56,414 nt of DNA from Anaerolineae bacterium clx_CAG2 (GCA_014155705.1 JAAEKA010000039.1:1-56414), one strand, 5' to 3'; numbered from the stretch's first letter, positions 28,235 to 37,393 are shown. The notes: generated by a model from the sequence alone, not told the origin. Translations and numbers: made by a program.

Positions 28235-30184
28235 ATGAGTGTAAGTCCTGTGATGGAATCGTCGAAGCAATCTGGCCGCCGGCTCTGGAGGCCGGTGTTG
28301 GCCGCAACGCTGCTGGTAATCGTGGCACTGGTGGCGCTGTGGGCGGTGCAAACCGCTCGCGCAGCCCGATCTGCGCTGGTCGAACTGCAAGGCTTGCAGG
28401 CTGTAGACCTCGTATCGCTGACCAGCCTCGATCCCGCTGACCTGGCCGACATGCAGGGGCGCTTTGCCCGATTGGAGGCCGATCTCACCACCATTGAGAC
28501 CCAGGCTGGTCCTCTGTTGCCCTTGACGCGTTCCCTCGGCTGGCTGCCTCGCTTCGGCGCTGAAGCACAGGCTGCACCTGAGTTGCTGCAACTGGCGCGC
28601 GGCGTGGCCACAGCCGGCCGCGCCAGCATGGACGGCGCCTATGTGGTGGCGCACGCTCTCAAGGGGCAGCCAGCCGACGGCAGCGCCCTGGCCCGGCTGG
28701 TTTCCGCGCTGGAGCAGTCCCAGCCAAGCTGGCAGGAGGCCGAGACGGCGCTGGCCCGGGTGGCGGACGCGCGCAGCCAGTTGGACCTGGACCAGCTCGA
28801 CCCACGCATTGCCGGCCAGTTGGAGCGGCTGGACAGCTACCTGCCCCTCTTACAGACGGGGTCAGCGCTGGCCCGTCTGGCGCCGGCCTTGCTGGGCGCG
28901 GGTGGCGCCAAGACCTATCTATTGCTCGCGCAGAACAGTGACGAGCTGCGCCCCACCGGCGGCTTTATAAGCGGCGTGGGCCTTCTGCCTATCGACCGCG
29001 GACAACTAGGCGAGATCGACTTCAAGGATAGCTACAGCGTTTACAATCCCAACGTGGATCACCCTTTGGCGCCGCCTGACCTGGAACAGACCATGGGCGC
29101 GCAGATGCTGCTCTTCCGTGATGCGAACTGGTCGGCAGACTTCCGAACCTCGGCCCGGGTGGCTCAGTCGCTCTACCAGTTGGACACAGGCGCACCGAGC
29201 GATGGTGTCATTGCCTTCGATCTCGAGGCCACGCGCCGGCTTGTCGCTGCTCTGCAGCCGCTGACTCTGCCCGGCTACCAACAGCCGCTGACCGGCGACA
29301 ACGTGCTGGTTGCCATGCGTGAGGTCTGGGCAGAGCCGCTGACCACTGAGAACACCGTGCGTGAGGCAGGCGGGACCGACTGGTGGCTGCACCGCAAAGA
29401 CTTCATGGGCGATCTGGCTGCTGCGGCCCGGTCCAGGTTGGAAACCGGTCAGGTGGACTTCGGCAAGCTGGCCCAGGCCATCTATAGCAGCCTGCAAGAA
29501 AAGCATGTGCTGGTGATGGTCAATGATCCGGCAACTGCGGCGCTGCTGGCCGAGGCAGGCTGGAGCGGTGTGGTCGATCCGGGCGCGAGCGACTTCCTGC
29601 TGGTGATCGACAGCAATGTCGGTTGGAACAAGGTCAACAGCGTCGTGCAGCGCACCACTAACTACACCGTCACTCCGCGACCCGACGGCAGTGCGCGGGT
29701 CGATCTGGAGCTGGTTTACCGTCATCAGGGCGAGGCTACGGGCGAGCCGTGCGTCCATGAGGCGCGCTACGGCGATACCTACGAGGACATGGCGCGACGC
29801 TGCTATTTCAACTACGTGCGCGTCCTGGCGCCGGCCGGCGCTCATCTTTCCAGCGCTGAAGGTTTCGAGCCGGCTGACGTCGCTACCCGGCCGGGCGAAC
29901 GCGGCGCCACACAGTTTGCCGGCAGCCTGGTGCTGCCTCCGGGCAACACCGCCCGCGTGCATCTGACCTATGACTTGCCGGCCGGTTTGATCGACGACGA
30001 CACGTATAATTTGCGCGTGCAGAAGCAGCCGGGCATTCCCGCCTGGCCGGTCAGGGTGCTGCTGGTCGATCCAGATGGCGTCTGGCAGCCGGTTGCGCCG
30101 GGCGGCCGGCGTACTGACGAGGGTGTGCAGGTGACCTTTGACCTGAGCAGCGACGTGGATGTGATCATGGCGCGGCGGCAGTAG
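28235..30184 (+). CDS. DUF4012 domain-containing membrane-anchored protein
   Basis: ATG 28235 (MSVSPVMESSKQSGRRLWRPVLAATLLVIVALVAL), one TM segment. YLLLAQNSDELRPTGGFISGVGLL is the characteristic DUF4012 motif. Confidence 0.6.
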   Translation: MSVSPVMESSKQSGRRLWRPVLAATLLVIVALVALWAVQTARAARSALVELQGLQAVDLVSLTSLDPADLADMQGRFARLEADLTTIETQAGPLLPLTRSLGWLPRFGAEAQAAPELLQLARGVATAGRASMDGAYVVAHALKGQPADGSALARLVSALEQSQPSWQEAETALARVADARSQLDLDQLDPRIAGQLERLDSYLPLLQTGSALARLAPALLGAGGAKTYLLLAQNSDELRPTGGFISGVGLLPIDRGQLGEIDFKDSYSVYNPNVDHPLAPPDLEQTMGAQMLLFRDANWSADFRTSARVAQSLYQLDTGAPSDGVIAFDLEATRRLVAALQPLTLPGYQQPLTGDNVLVAMREVWAEPLTTENTVREAGGTDWWLHRKDFMGDLAAAARSRLETGQVDFGKLAQAIYSSLQEKHVLVMVNDPATAALLAEAGWSGVVDPGASDFLLVIDSNVGWNKVNSVVQRTTNYTVTPRPDGSARVDLELVYRHQGEATGEPCVHEARYGDTYEDMARRCYFNYVRVLAPAGAHLSSAEGFEPADVATRPGERGATQFAGSLVLPPGNTARVHLTYDLPAGLIDDDTYNLRVQKQPGIPAWPVRVLLVDPDGVWQPVAPGGRRTDEGVQVTFDLSSDVDVIMARRQ

Positions 30185-30206
30185 CCGCATTCGAGGAGAA
30201 CGCAAC

Positions 30207-30722
30207 GTGCGAAGACGACTATCCCTGGCGCTGTTGTTGGCGCTGACCCTGCTGGCGGCGCTGGCATTTACTGTCCATAGCCCGGCCGCTGCCAGTCCAG
30301 CAGATGCCCCGGCGGCCCAGCAGCCCGAAGGGCGCCCTGGACAACCCATCATCATTCGCTGGTCCACAGAGACTGAGGTCAACACCGCGGGTTTCAACGT
30401 CTATCGCGCGCCTGGCGAAGATGGGCCGTGGGAGAAAATCAATCAGCGGCTGATTCCCGGATCCCCCGACCCGCTGCGCGGCGGTAGCTATGTTTTTACC
30501 GACACCAATGTCATCTCTGGCATCGCTTACTGGTATGAGTTGGAGGAAGTGGAGTTGGGCGGCCGCGCTACCCGCCTGGAGCGCACCACGGCCACAGCCA
30601 AAGGGCAAGGGCTGTGGCCATTGGACGGCTTGCAATGCACCGGCGGCCTGTCGATGTTGCTGATTTTCAGCCTGGGCATGGTTGTGGTTGGACGCCGCAA
30701 GAGGTTGTATGAGTCTTCCTGA
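30207..30722 (+). CDS. Small secreted Ig/FN3-like protein with C-terminal TM anchor + RRKR
   Basis: GTG 30207 after GAGGAG. Signal peptide MRRRLSLALLLALTLLAALAF, beta-rich IIIRWSTETEVNTAGFNVYRA...YWYELEEV, tail LQCTGGLSMLLIFSLGMVVVGRRKR. Confidence 0.55.
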   Translation: MRRRLSLALLLALTLLAALAFTVHSPAAASPADAPAAQQPEGRPGQPIIIRWSTETEVNTAGFNVYRAPGEDGPWEKINQRLIPGSPDPLRGGSYVFTDTNVISGIAYWYELEEVELGGRATRLERTTATAKGQGLWPLDGLQCTGGLSMLLIFSLGMVVVGRRKRLYESS

Positions 30723-32373
30723 GCTATTATTGATCAGTCCTCCGGACTACGAAACGCGCGAGTTCCGCGGCGCTCAACCGCTGGGCATCGCCTACCTGGC
30801 GGGCATGCTGCGCGCCATAGGCATCACAACCGAGCTGCTGGACGCCAATGTCGGCGGCCCTATGCCTTTTGAGCAGTTTGCGGCTCGGGTCGAGAACTTC
30901 GTGGCTACTGTCAGACAGCATGGCGGCCGGCCGGTGGTAGGCGTATCGGTGGTATCGCAGGTCATCGCCACAGCGGCTGCCTTGGCCGCGCGCATCAAGA
31001 CCGTCGCCCCCGACGCGTTGGTGGTTATCGGCGGCTACCACCCTACCTTTGCCGACCGCGAGATTCTGGAGGACTTTGCAGATATCGACTTATGCGTGCG
31101 CGGCGAGGGCGAGCAGACGATCGTTGAGTTGATGAAGCACTGGCGGGCGGCCGGAACTGCGGACCCGCCGTTGCAGCCCGGTCGGATCGACTGGGGACAC
31201 ATCCTGGGCCTCACCTGGCGGCAAGGGGAGCAAATTATCGCTAACCCCAGCCGGCCCAACAACGTCAACCTGGACGCGTTGCCCTTTCCAGCGCGTGACC
31301 TGTTGCCGCCGCTCCACGCCTACGCGCCCTACGCCGACACCGTGGACGGCAAAATGCGCCTCAAGGCGTCGATGATCTCCAGTCGCGGCTGCCCCTTTCA
31401 CTGCAACTTCTGCTCGATCATTGCCTTCTACGGCGACGCAGGCGGGAAGCCCTGGCGCGGCCGTAGCGTCGAGAACGTAGTGGCCGAGATGGTCGAGTTG
31501 GCCGACCGGGATGGCGCCAGCCACTTCGAGTTCCAGGACGATAACTTCTTCGTGCGAGCCGACCGCGCCCTGGCCATCGTGGAGCAGTATGCCCAGACTG
31601 GGCGCGACTTCTCCTTTGCCTTCCTGACCCGCGCCGATCAGGTGGTCAAGGGAGAACGCTACTTCCCTGCCCTGCGCAAAGCCGGGCTGCGCTACGTCAG
31701 TGTAGGCATCGAGAGCGGCAGCGAAGCCTCGCTGGAGCGCATGGTCAAGCAGACGGGCGTCGAGATCAATCGCCGCGCTCTGCAAATCCTGCACGACAAC
31801 GATGTAGCTGCCCAGGTCGAGTTTATCATGTTCGAACCAGGCAGCACCCTGGACGACCTGCGTGATAACCTGCGCTTCATCGAGCAGCAAGGGCTGTTCG
31901 GCTATTTCCCGCCGTTGATCTTCGGCAAGCTGCTCTTGATGCCTGGTACGCCCGCGCGCGAGCAGTATCAGCGTGAGCAGGGCGTGAGTGGCAGCATCCA
32001 TCAGTCGCTATCCTATGACTTTGGCGATCCCCGTGTGAGCGAAGTTTACGAGCTGTTGGGTGACTTTCAGCGCCGCCTGGGCAATCCATGGTTTGAGCTG
32101 GCCTTCAACCTGCTGGACGGCATACCGGCCCTGGAGATCGACCTACAGCGCAATCAGAGCGGCGACGCGACCAACGGCAAGCTCAACGTGCGCCAACTGG
32201 CTCAACTCAAACTGGAGTTCTTTGCCCTGACCCGCATCCCCTATCAGTTGATGCGTGAGGGGCTGGCGGCGGCAGCGCAGGAGACGACAGCGGCCAGCCA
32301 TGCAAGCTTGCTGGCCAAGGCCGAGGCCGAGTTGGCCAACGTCAGTCAAAGGGTGCGGCAACTCCGACCGTAA
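30709..32373 (+). CDS. B12-binding domain radical SAM protein
   Basis: ATG 30709 overlaps the upstream gene by 14 nt. N-terminal Rossmann-like B12-binding region (LLISPPDY...GIAYLAGMLR...VVIGGYHPT) and radical-SAM cluster motif SSRGCPFHCNFCS. Confidence 0.75.
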   Translation: MSLPELLLISPPDYETREFRGAQPLGIAYLAGMLRAIGITTELLDANVGGPMPFEQFAARVENFVATVRQHGGRPVVGVSVVSQVIATAAALAARIKTVAPDALVVIGGYHPTFADREILEDFADIDLCVRGEGEQTIVELMKHWRAAGTADPPLQPGRIDWGHILGLTWRQGEQIIANPSRPNNVNLDALPFPARDLLPPLHAYAPYADTVDGKMRLKASMISSRGCPFHCNFCSIIAFYGDAGGKPWRGRSVENVVAEMVELADRDGASHFEFQDDNFFVRADRALAIVEQYAQTGRDFSFAFLTRADQVVKGERYFPALRKAGLRYVSVGIESGSEASLERMVKQTGVEINRRALQILHDNDVAAQVEFIMFEPGSTLDDLRDNLRFIEQQGLFGYFPPLIFGKLLLMPGTPAREQYQREQGVSGSIHQSLSYDFGDPRVSEVYELLGDFQRRLGNPWFELAFNLLDGIPALEIDLQRNQSGDATNGKLNVRQLAQLKLEFFALTRIPYQLMREGLAAAAQETTAASHASLLAKAEAELANVSQRVRQLRP

Positions 32374-32424
32374 TTATCAACGTGACAAGCCCCCTACCCC
32401 TGTCTGTCCGGGTTCTGGCCGGAC

Positions 32425-33504
32425 CTACGGTTGAAGAATTTCTGCGATGACTTGAGGGATCTGTTGCCGATCGCTGCCCAGCAGCAGACGGTAGACCGGT
32501 ATCTGCTCCACGGCCTGGGCCAGGAATTCCAGATGTTGCCGGGCCAACGCCACGTCTTGCAGATCGACGCTGTAAAACAGAAGATCGCTGAGCAGGGAGG
32601 CTTTGTTGGCCGGCGCGAGAGTGGTGTGCGCCTGATCAGTGATCTCCGGAGCGAGAATGGCGCTCACCTGCCCGCGCAAGGCTACACTGTTGGGGTAGGC
32701 CTCGGAGAGGATGACTTGACGCTTGCCGGTGTGGCTGCGCAGAGGGGAGAGGTATGGCGCCAGTTCTGGAAACCAGGCTGCTGTCTTGTCGGTCACATCC
32801 AGGGTGCTGAGCAGGGCGATTACATCGACGGTTCCAGGCTGCGCGCGCTGCAGCAAGGTGGTATCGTCGCCCAGAAATTGGAGCCCCGCGGCCACACAGG
32901 TCAGCATGGTGGTGGTTTTGCCCGCGCCTGACTGGCCGGCGATCAGTACAGCCCGGCCGGCGTGTCCGATAGCCGAGGCATGAATCAAATGTAGCCCCCG
33001 GCGGCGCAGATGCTGGTAGAGGGTAATGAAGATCGACTGTTTGTAGTGGCGCAGGGGCCAGTGAACAGGCGCATGCACCCATCCTAACGAGCGCCCCTCG
33101 TTCTGGTTGAGAACAGTTAACAGCACATCCCCGTGGCGCGTAAAGAGATACGGCCCCTCCTGGTACTCACTGGTCTCCTGCTCGGACGATGTGTGCTGGG
33201 GCAACCAGGGTAGGTCAGGCAGCAGCTGCTCTCCCAGATCGACCAGATCGACGGTGAAATCCGCAGCAAAGCTTGCCCCACCGATCGGACAGGCCAGCGG
33301 GCGCACCATCTGCCGGCGCAAGGTCTGCGTCGTCGTGCGCAACCTGACCAGGCTGTCTCCGATCTGAAGCGTTGCCTCCTCGACGGAGGAACTGGTATAA
33401 ATTTGTTCGAAGGTCGCCGCCAGTCTGTCATAGATCTGTGCAGCATGTGGCGGCAAGGGATCCATCTGGGAGGATAAACGCAACGAAGGAAAGCTGGAGA
33501 CCAA
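32425..33504 (-). CDS. HPr kinase/phosphorylase C-domain-like P-loop protein (HprK-related, RiPP-associated type)
   Basis: HLIHASAIGHAGRAVLIAGQSGAGKTTTMLTCVAAGLQFLGDDTTLL matches the HprK C-terminal domain Walker region. TTG start 33504 with GAAGGAAAG just upstream (start uncertain). Confidence 0.65.
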   Translation of the reverse strand: MVSSFPSLRLSSQMDPLPPHAAQIYDRLAATFEQIYTSSSVEEATLQIGDSLVRLRTTTQTLRRQMVRPLACPIGGASFAADFTVDLVDLGEQLLPDLPWLPQHTSSEQETSEYQEGPYLFTRHGDVLLTVLNQNEGRSLGWVHAPVHWPLRHYKQSIFITLYQHLRRRGLHLIHASAIGHAGRAVLIAGQSGAGKTTTMLTCVAAGLQFLGDDTTLLQRAQPGTVDVIALLSTLDVTDKTAAWFPELAPYLSPLRSHTGKRQVILSEAYPNSVALRGQVSAILAPEITDQAHTTLAPANKASLLSDLLFYSVDLQDVALARQHLEFLAQAVEQIPVYRLLLGSDRQQIPQVIAEILQP

Positions 33505-33605
33505 CTTTCCTTCTTACGAGCAAGGTAACTTGCACTTTTGCCGGCAAAAAAAACCGGGCTATAGGTTTCGGTCCCTATTGGGGCCAAGCGATGGTACAGG
33601 CGTAC

Positions 33606-33731
33606 TTAGTTGCCCGGCATCAGCCAGTTGGCCCCATTGGAAACAGTGCCCAACGTAACCTTCTGGAGTCGCTGATATTTGGTCAAGGTCGGTGTCTGGT
33701 AGGTCTTCTTGACAGTGGTGTTCTGATTCAC
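33606..33731 (-). CDS. Unannotated 41-aa precursor-like peptide with lasso-type leader motif: MNQNTTVKKTYQTPTLTKYQRLQKVTLGTVSNGANWLMPGN
   Basis: GTG 33729-33731 lies 7 nt downstream of GGAGG; TAA stop at 33606-33608. Same frame as the tail of track ORF 33606..33917. Relative to the Gly after Thr-Leu, the leader has Tyr-17, Pro-14, Leu-12 and Thr-2. It lies between the PqqD-like and HprK-like genes. Confidence 0.6.
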   Translation of the reverse strand: MNQNTTVKKTYQTPTLTKYQRLQKVTLGTVSNGANWLMPGN

Positions 33732-33822
33732 GATGATACCTCCGTGTTGGGTTTGTTGCGCTTGGAGCGCTGCTGACAGAACGACGGTTACACACAGTAG
33801 CCGTGTAGCGGTTCCGAACGAA

Positions 33823-34107
33823 TTATCGAGTGACAACCAGCCCTTCATCGGCCAATTTCTTGACCAAACGGAGGACATCAGCGCCAGCCTGTTCACTGTC
33901 CACATTGTACTCTTCAAGGACCAAATCTACCAAGTCCTGAATTGTCTTTGACCCGTCAATACTCTCCCAGATGCAGGTACCTACGCTGTCCAAGCTGAAG
34001 TAATCACCGCTAGACAGATGAATCAGTAAAGCTTCACTATCCACCACGCGATCTATAATCTGATCACTGTTCTTGGCAACCAATGTATCCAGAGAGAGAC
34101 GGGACAT
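33823..34107 (-). CDS. PqqD-family protein (RiPP recognition element)
   Basis: 94 aa. ALLIHLSSGDYFSLDSVGTCIWESIDGSKTIQDLVDLVLEEYNVDSEQAGADVLRLVKKLADEGLV follows the PqqD pattern (G.yy.Ln..g..iW..idG..t..ei...l...y.v....a..Dv..f...L...gl). Confidence 0.75.
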   Translation of the reverse strand: MSRLSLDTLVAKNSDQIIDRVVDSEALLIHLSSGDYFSLDSVGTCIWESIDGSKTIQDLVDLVLEEYNVDSEQAGADVLRLVKKLADEGLVVTR

Positions 34108-34152
34108 TTGAGTAATGGGACGAGAAGAAACCTCAATTTACAAGCAAGTGAG

Positions 34153-34182
34153 ATTATAGCACAGGCCGCAAACATTTGTCAA
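34153..34182 (-). promoter_or_regulatory. Near-consensus sigma70 promoter (TTGACA-18-TATAAT) driving the PqqD / peptide / kinase operon
   Basis: Minus-strand TTGACA (34177-34182), 18-nt spacer, TATAAT (34153-34158). It lies about 45 nt upstream of ATG 34107. Confidence 0.55.
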
Positions 34183-34244
34183 GCCTTCTGCAAAGCCGGG
34201 AATTGGCCCACTCCTGCCAGTAGATCCCCTGGCCGAACGCTTGC

Positions 34245-34973
34245 TCAGATGCCAAACGGCCCCAGGTACTTATCGGGCGTCCATTCCTGCGGCGGCGGGC
34301 TGAGATGACCGTTGCCGTTGGCATGGAAGCCGCGCAGTTCCATGATCTCTGCCTCCAGCGCCATCATCCGGTCGGAAAAGGCCTTGAGCGCCTCGGCTGT
34401 GGCGTCGGGCATGACATTGTGCTGCAGATCGCGCTCAGGATCTGACGCCTGCAGCCAGCCATCACGATGGCGCACGCGGCCGGGTACGCCAACCACCACC
34501 GACTCCGCCGGTGTGTCTTTGACCACTACCGAGTTGGCGCCGATGCGGCTGTGGTCGCCGACGCTGATCGGGCCCAGTACCTTCGCGCCCGCCCCCAGCA
34601 CCACCGAGTCGCCGATGGTGGGATGACGCTTGCCCTTCTGCCAACTCACACCGCCCAGAGTGACGCCGTGATACATGGTCACGTTGGCGCCGACCTCCGC
34701 CGTCTCCCCGATTACCACACCCATGCCGTGATCGATGAAGAATCCCGGACCGATGCGCGCACCCGGATGGATCTCGATGCCGGTCACAAAGCGGCTGGTC
34801 TGGGAGATCAGCCGGCCCAGCAGCTTGAAGTCACGTTGCCACAGCCAATGGGCCAGGCGGTGCAGCCAGATGGCCTGCAGCCCCGGATAGGCTAGAAGCA
34901 CTTCCAGCTTGCTGCGCGCCGCCGGGTCGCGGTCAAAGACAGCGCGCATGTCATGACGTAGGGTGGTGAACAT
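34245..34973 (-). CDS. cysE: Serine O-acetyltransferase
   Basis: [32 protein letters not shown] and hexapeptide repeats [28 protein letters not shown]. It lies 14 nt downstream of cysK. Confidence 0.85.
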   Translation of the reverse strand: MFTTLRHDMRAVFDRDPAARSKLEVLLAYPGLQAIWLHRLAHWLWQRDFKLLGRLISQTSRFVTGIEIHPGARIGPGFFIDHGMGVVIGETAEVGANVTMYHGVTLGGVSWQKGKRHPTIGDSVVLGAGAKVLGPISVGDHSRIGANSVVVKDTPAESVVVGVPGRVRHRDGWLQASDPERDLQHNVMPDATAEALKAFSDRMMALEAEIMELRGFHANGNGHLSPPPQEWTPDKYLGPFGI

Positions 34974-34987
34974 GGCAGGCTCTTTCG

Positions 34988-35926
34988 CTAGGCCAGGTCG
35001 GCATACAGCACGGTGCTGAGGTAGCGCTCGCCGTTGGACGGGATGATGACCACGATGCGTTTGCCCGCGCTCTCCGGCCGGCGTCCGACTTGCAGCGCGG
35101 CCCAGACGGCTGCGCCTGAGGAGATTCCTACCAGAATACCCTCGTCACGGCCAACCTGGCGCGCTGTGGCAATGGCGTCGTCGTTGCTGACACGAATGAC
35201 CTCGTCGATGATGTCCGTGTTGAGCACGCCAGGCACGAAACCCGCACCGATGCCCTGGATCTTGTGGGGGCCTGGTTGGCCACCGCTGAGCACTGGCGAG
35301 TCGGCCGGCTCCACCGCGACAGCTTTGAAGTCAGGGTTGCGAGCCTTGAGCACCTCGGCCACGCCAGTGATGGTGCCGCCCGTGCCAACGCCGCTAACCA
35401 GGATGTCCACCTGGCCATCGGTGTCGCCCCATATCTCTTCGGCCGTGGTACGGCGATGGATCGCAGGATTGGCGGGATTCTCGAACTGCTGGGGGATGAA
35501 GTAGCGTGGATCGGCGGCGGCCATTTCAGCCGCCGCGGCGATAGCTCCGCGCATGCCCTGTGCGCCGGGCGTCAGCACCAGGTCGGCGCCGTAGGCCCGC
35601 AGCAGTTTGCGCCGCTCCATGCTCATGGTGTCAGGCATGACCAGCACGCAGCGGTAGCCCTTGGCCGCGGCAACGAAAGCCAGGCCGATGCCCGTGTTGC
35701 CGCTGGTTGGCTCCAGAATGATCGTCTCAGGTCCGATCTTGCCGGCCGCCTCAGCCGCCTCGATCATGCTCAGGCCAATGCGGTCCTTAACGCTGCTGGC
35801 CGGGTTGAAGAACTCCAGCTTGAGCAGGATTTCGGCCACCGTGCCGGCCTCTTGGGCGATGCGGTTGAGCCGCACCAGCGGTGTGCTGCCGACCAGCTCG
35901 GCGATGTTGTTGTAGATGCGTGACAT
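34988..35926 (-). CDS. cysK: Cysteine synthase A (O-acetylserine sulfhydrylase)
   Basis: ATG 35924-35926 after [35 protein letters not shown]-lysine motif [19 protein letters not shown]. Confidence 0.85.
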   Translation of the reverse strand: MSRIYNNIAELVGSTPLVRLNRIAQEAGTVAEILLKLEFFNPASSVKDRIGLSMIEAAEAAGKIGPETIILEPTSGNTGIGLAFVAAAKGYRCVLVMPDTMSMERRKLLRAYGADLVLTPGAQGMRGAIAAAAEMAAADPRYFIPQQFENPANPAIHRRTTAEEIWGDTDGQVDILVSGVGTGGTITGVAEVLKARNPDFKAVAVEPADSPVLSGGQPGPHKIQGIGAGFVPGVLNTDIIDEVIRVSNDDAIATARQVGRDEGILVGISSGAAVWAALQVGRRPESAGKRIVVIIPSNGERYLSTVLYADLA

Positions 35927-36026
35927 GATGGTTTTCCTTCCAAAGATGACAGGTTTGCGCATACGTGCGTAACGAGTGATGCGTAACTCGTCACCCGAGC
36001 CTTGCGTCCTTGCGCAGATGCCTCCG

Positions 36027-36461
36027 TTACGGCTTACTGTTTACGTTCGCTTGACCAACTTGCGCCAGCAAGCGCTCGGTCGTCGCCAGCCCGTGATTGA
36101 TGGCCACCGGCCGGCGTTGGCTGTCCAGCACCACCGTAGTGGGCACGGTCATGACGTGGTAGTAGTCGGCCAGGCGCTGGTGCTCGACTGCATCCAGCTT
36201 CAGCACCTGCAAGCCGCTGAGTTGTTGCTGTACCTGCGCCAGAGCGGGCGTCTGCTGGAAGCGGCACTGCGCGCAGGATGGTGTGGTGAAGTAGAGCACG
36301 GCCGGCGCGGCGGACAGCAATAAAACCGCCAGCTCGGCTGGACCGTGTGGGTCGGCCAGAGCCAGACGCTGCGTTTGTTGCTGCAAGCGCAGCCGCCAGA
36401 CGGCATAAGCCGTAGCCAGCAGCAGTGCAAACGCAGCAAGGATGATCAATCGGTCAAACAT
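36027..36461 (-). CDS. Membrane-anchored thioredoxin-fold protein (CxxC)
   Basis: ATG 36459-36461 with GGAG 6 nt upstream. N-terminal TM segment, then [12 protein letters not shown] (CxxC). Confidence 0.65.
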   Translation of the reverse strand: MFDRLIILAAFALLLATAYAVWRLRLQQQTQRLALADPHGPAELAVLLLSAAPAVLYFTTPSCAQCRFQQTPALAQVQQQLSGLQVLKLDAVEHQRLADYYHVMTVPTTVVLDSQRRPVAINHGLATTERLLAQVGQANVNSKP

Positions 36462-36569
36462 GGTAGTCTCCAAAAGCCCATCGCTTAGGCCGGGTTTTGC
36501 TCAGCACCCCGGAGCTTTACCGGAGTGGATCTGACCGAGGCCCCCAGCGACCGGACACAGCGCCAGCGG

Positions 36570-37040
36570 CTACGCTCCCTGCGGCGTCTGCCACCAGGGT
36601 AAGTTGGCGGCAATGCCCCGCCGGGCCAGTTGATAATACAGGAAGCAGCCCATGCAGAAGCCCAGGAACAGGTTGACGGCGGCCAACGCCACCACAATGC
36701 CTGTCAAGGCCCAGCCCAACAGCGGCAGGCTGGCCCACAGCGCGGCGCTGGCCAGGGTCAGCATCAGAGCGCCGACGCCTTGGGCGAACAGGTGCGGTCG
36801 CAGGTCGTCGGCCTTAGGCGCAGGCCGCACGATACCCAACGGCTTGAGCACATGCTGATAGACCCGCTTGAACAGCCCGGCCTGCGGCGCAAAGGTTCCG
36901 ATCCACATCACAGCAGCCACGAAGACCACCAGCCAGGGCTGATTCAGCACAAAGGCCAATGCCAGCAGGGCGATAATCGATGCCTGATTGAAGCGCAAAG
37001 CGCTGTAGTCGACCCTATTCGCAGTGTTGTCCATCGTCAT
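36570..37040 (-). CDS. DUF4395 domain-containing membrane protein
   Basis: 156 aa, four hydrophobic segments. NRVDYSALRFNQASIIALLALAFV... resembles DUF4395, which is often adjacent to sulfur/redox genes. Confidence 0.45.
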   Translation of the reverse strand: MTMDNTANRVDYSALRFNQASIIALLALAFVLNQPWLVVFVAAVMWIGTFAPQAGLFKRVYQHVLKPLGIVRPAPKADDLRPHLFAQGVGALMLTLASAALWASLPLLGWALTGIVVALAAVNLFLGFCMGCFLYYQLARRGIAANLPWWQTPQGA

Positions 37041-37066
37041 ATCCTTCTTTCAATCTCAGAGTCAAG

Positions 37067-37393
37067 TCATCCAGTGAACAGATAGTTGCCATCATCGTCG
37101 CGAGCCAGGGCCACAATGTCCATAATCGCTTCCCGGTCCAACGGCCCATAGAGGTGGGGAAAGCGACCATCGGGCGTCTCGTCCCATTGCACCGGCGCCC
37201 CCAACAGCGCCTCATCGATCGCCAGTGCGACCAGGTCCACGATATCCGCATAGAATGCGTTGGCCACCCACGTGACCTGATCCGGCGTGGCCGAGAGATG
37301 AATGAAGCCTTCCTCAAACAGACTGGCCGGCGCGTAAGGCTCATCGGCGGGCTGGCCTTGGAAGTGGAATTGAGAAACCAGGTGATAGAGCAT
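37067..37393 (-). CDS. DUF952 domain-containing protein
   Basis: ATG 37391-37393. EEGFIHLSATPDQV...LVALAIDEALLGAPVQWDETPDGRFPHLYGPLDREAI matches the DUF952 signature (FIH.S...ID...L....W......FPHLYGPL). Confidence 0.7.
   Translation of the reverse strand: MLYHLVSQFHFQGQPADEPYAPASLFEEGFIHLSATPDQVTWVANAFYADIVDLVALAIDEALLGAPVQWDETPDGRFPHLYGPLDREAIMDIVALARDDDGNYLFTG

Noticed and set aside
33606-33917. The 103-aa track ORF 33606..33917 as the real product of the small-peptide locus.
   Set aside because: Its upstream two-thirds overlap the 3' end of the PqqD-like gene in another frame and lack an RBS. A GGAGG-N7-GTG start at 33731 gives a 41-aa peptide with a complete lasso-type leader.
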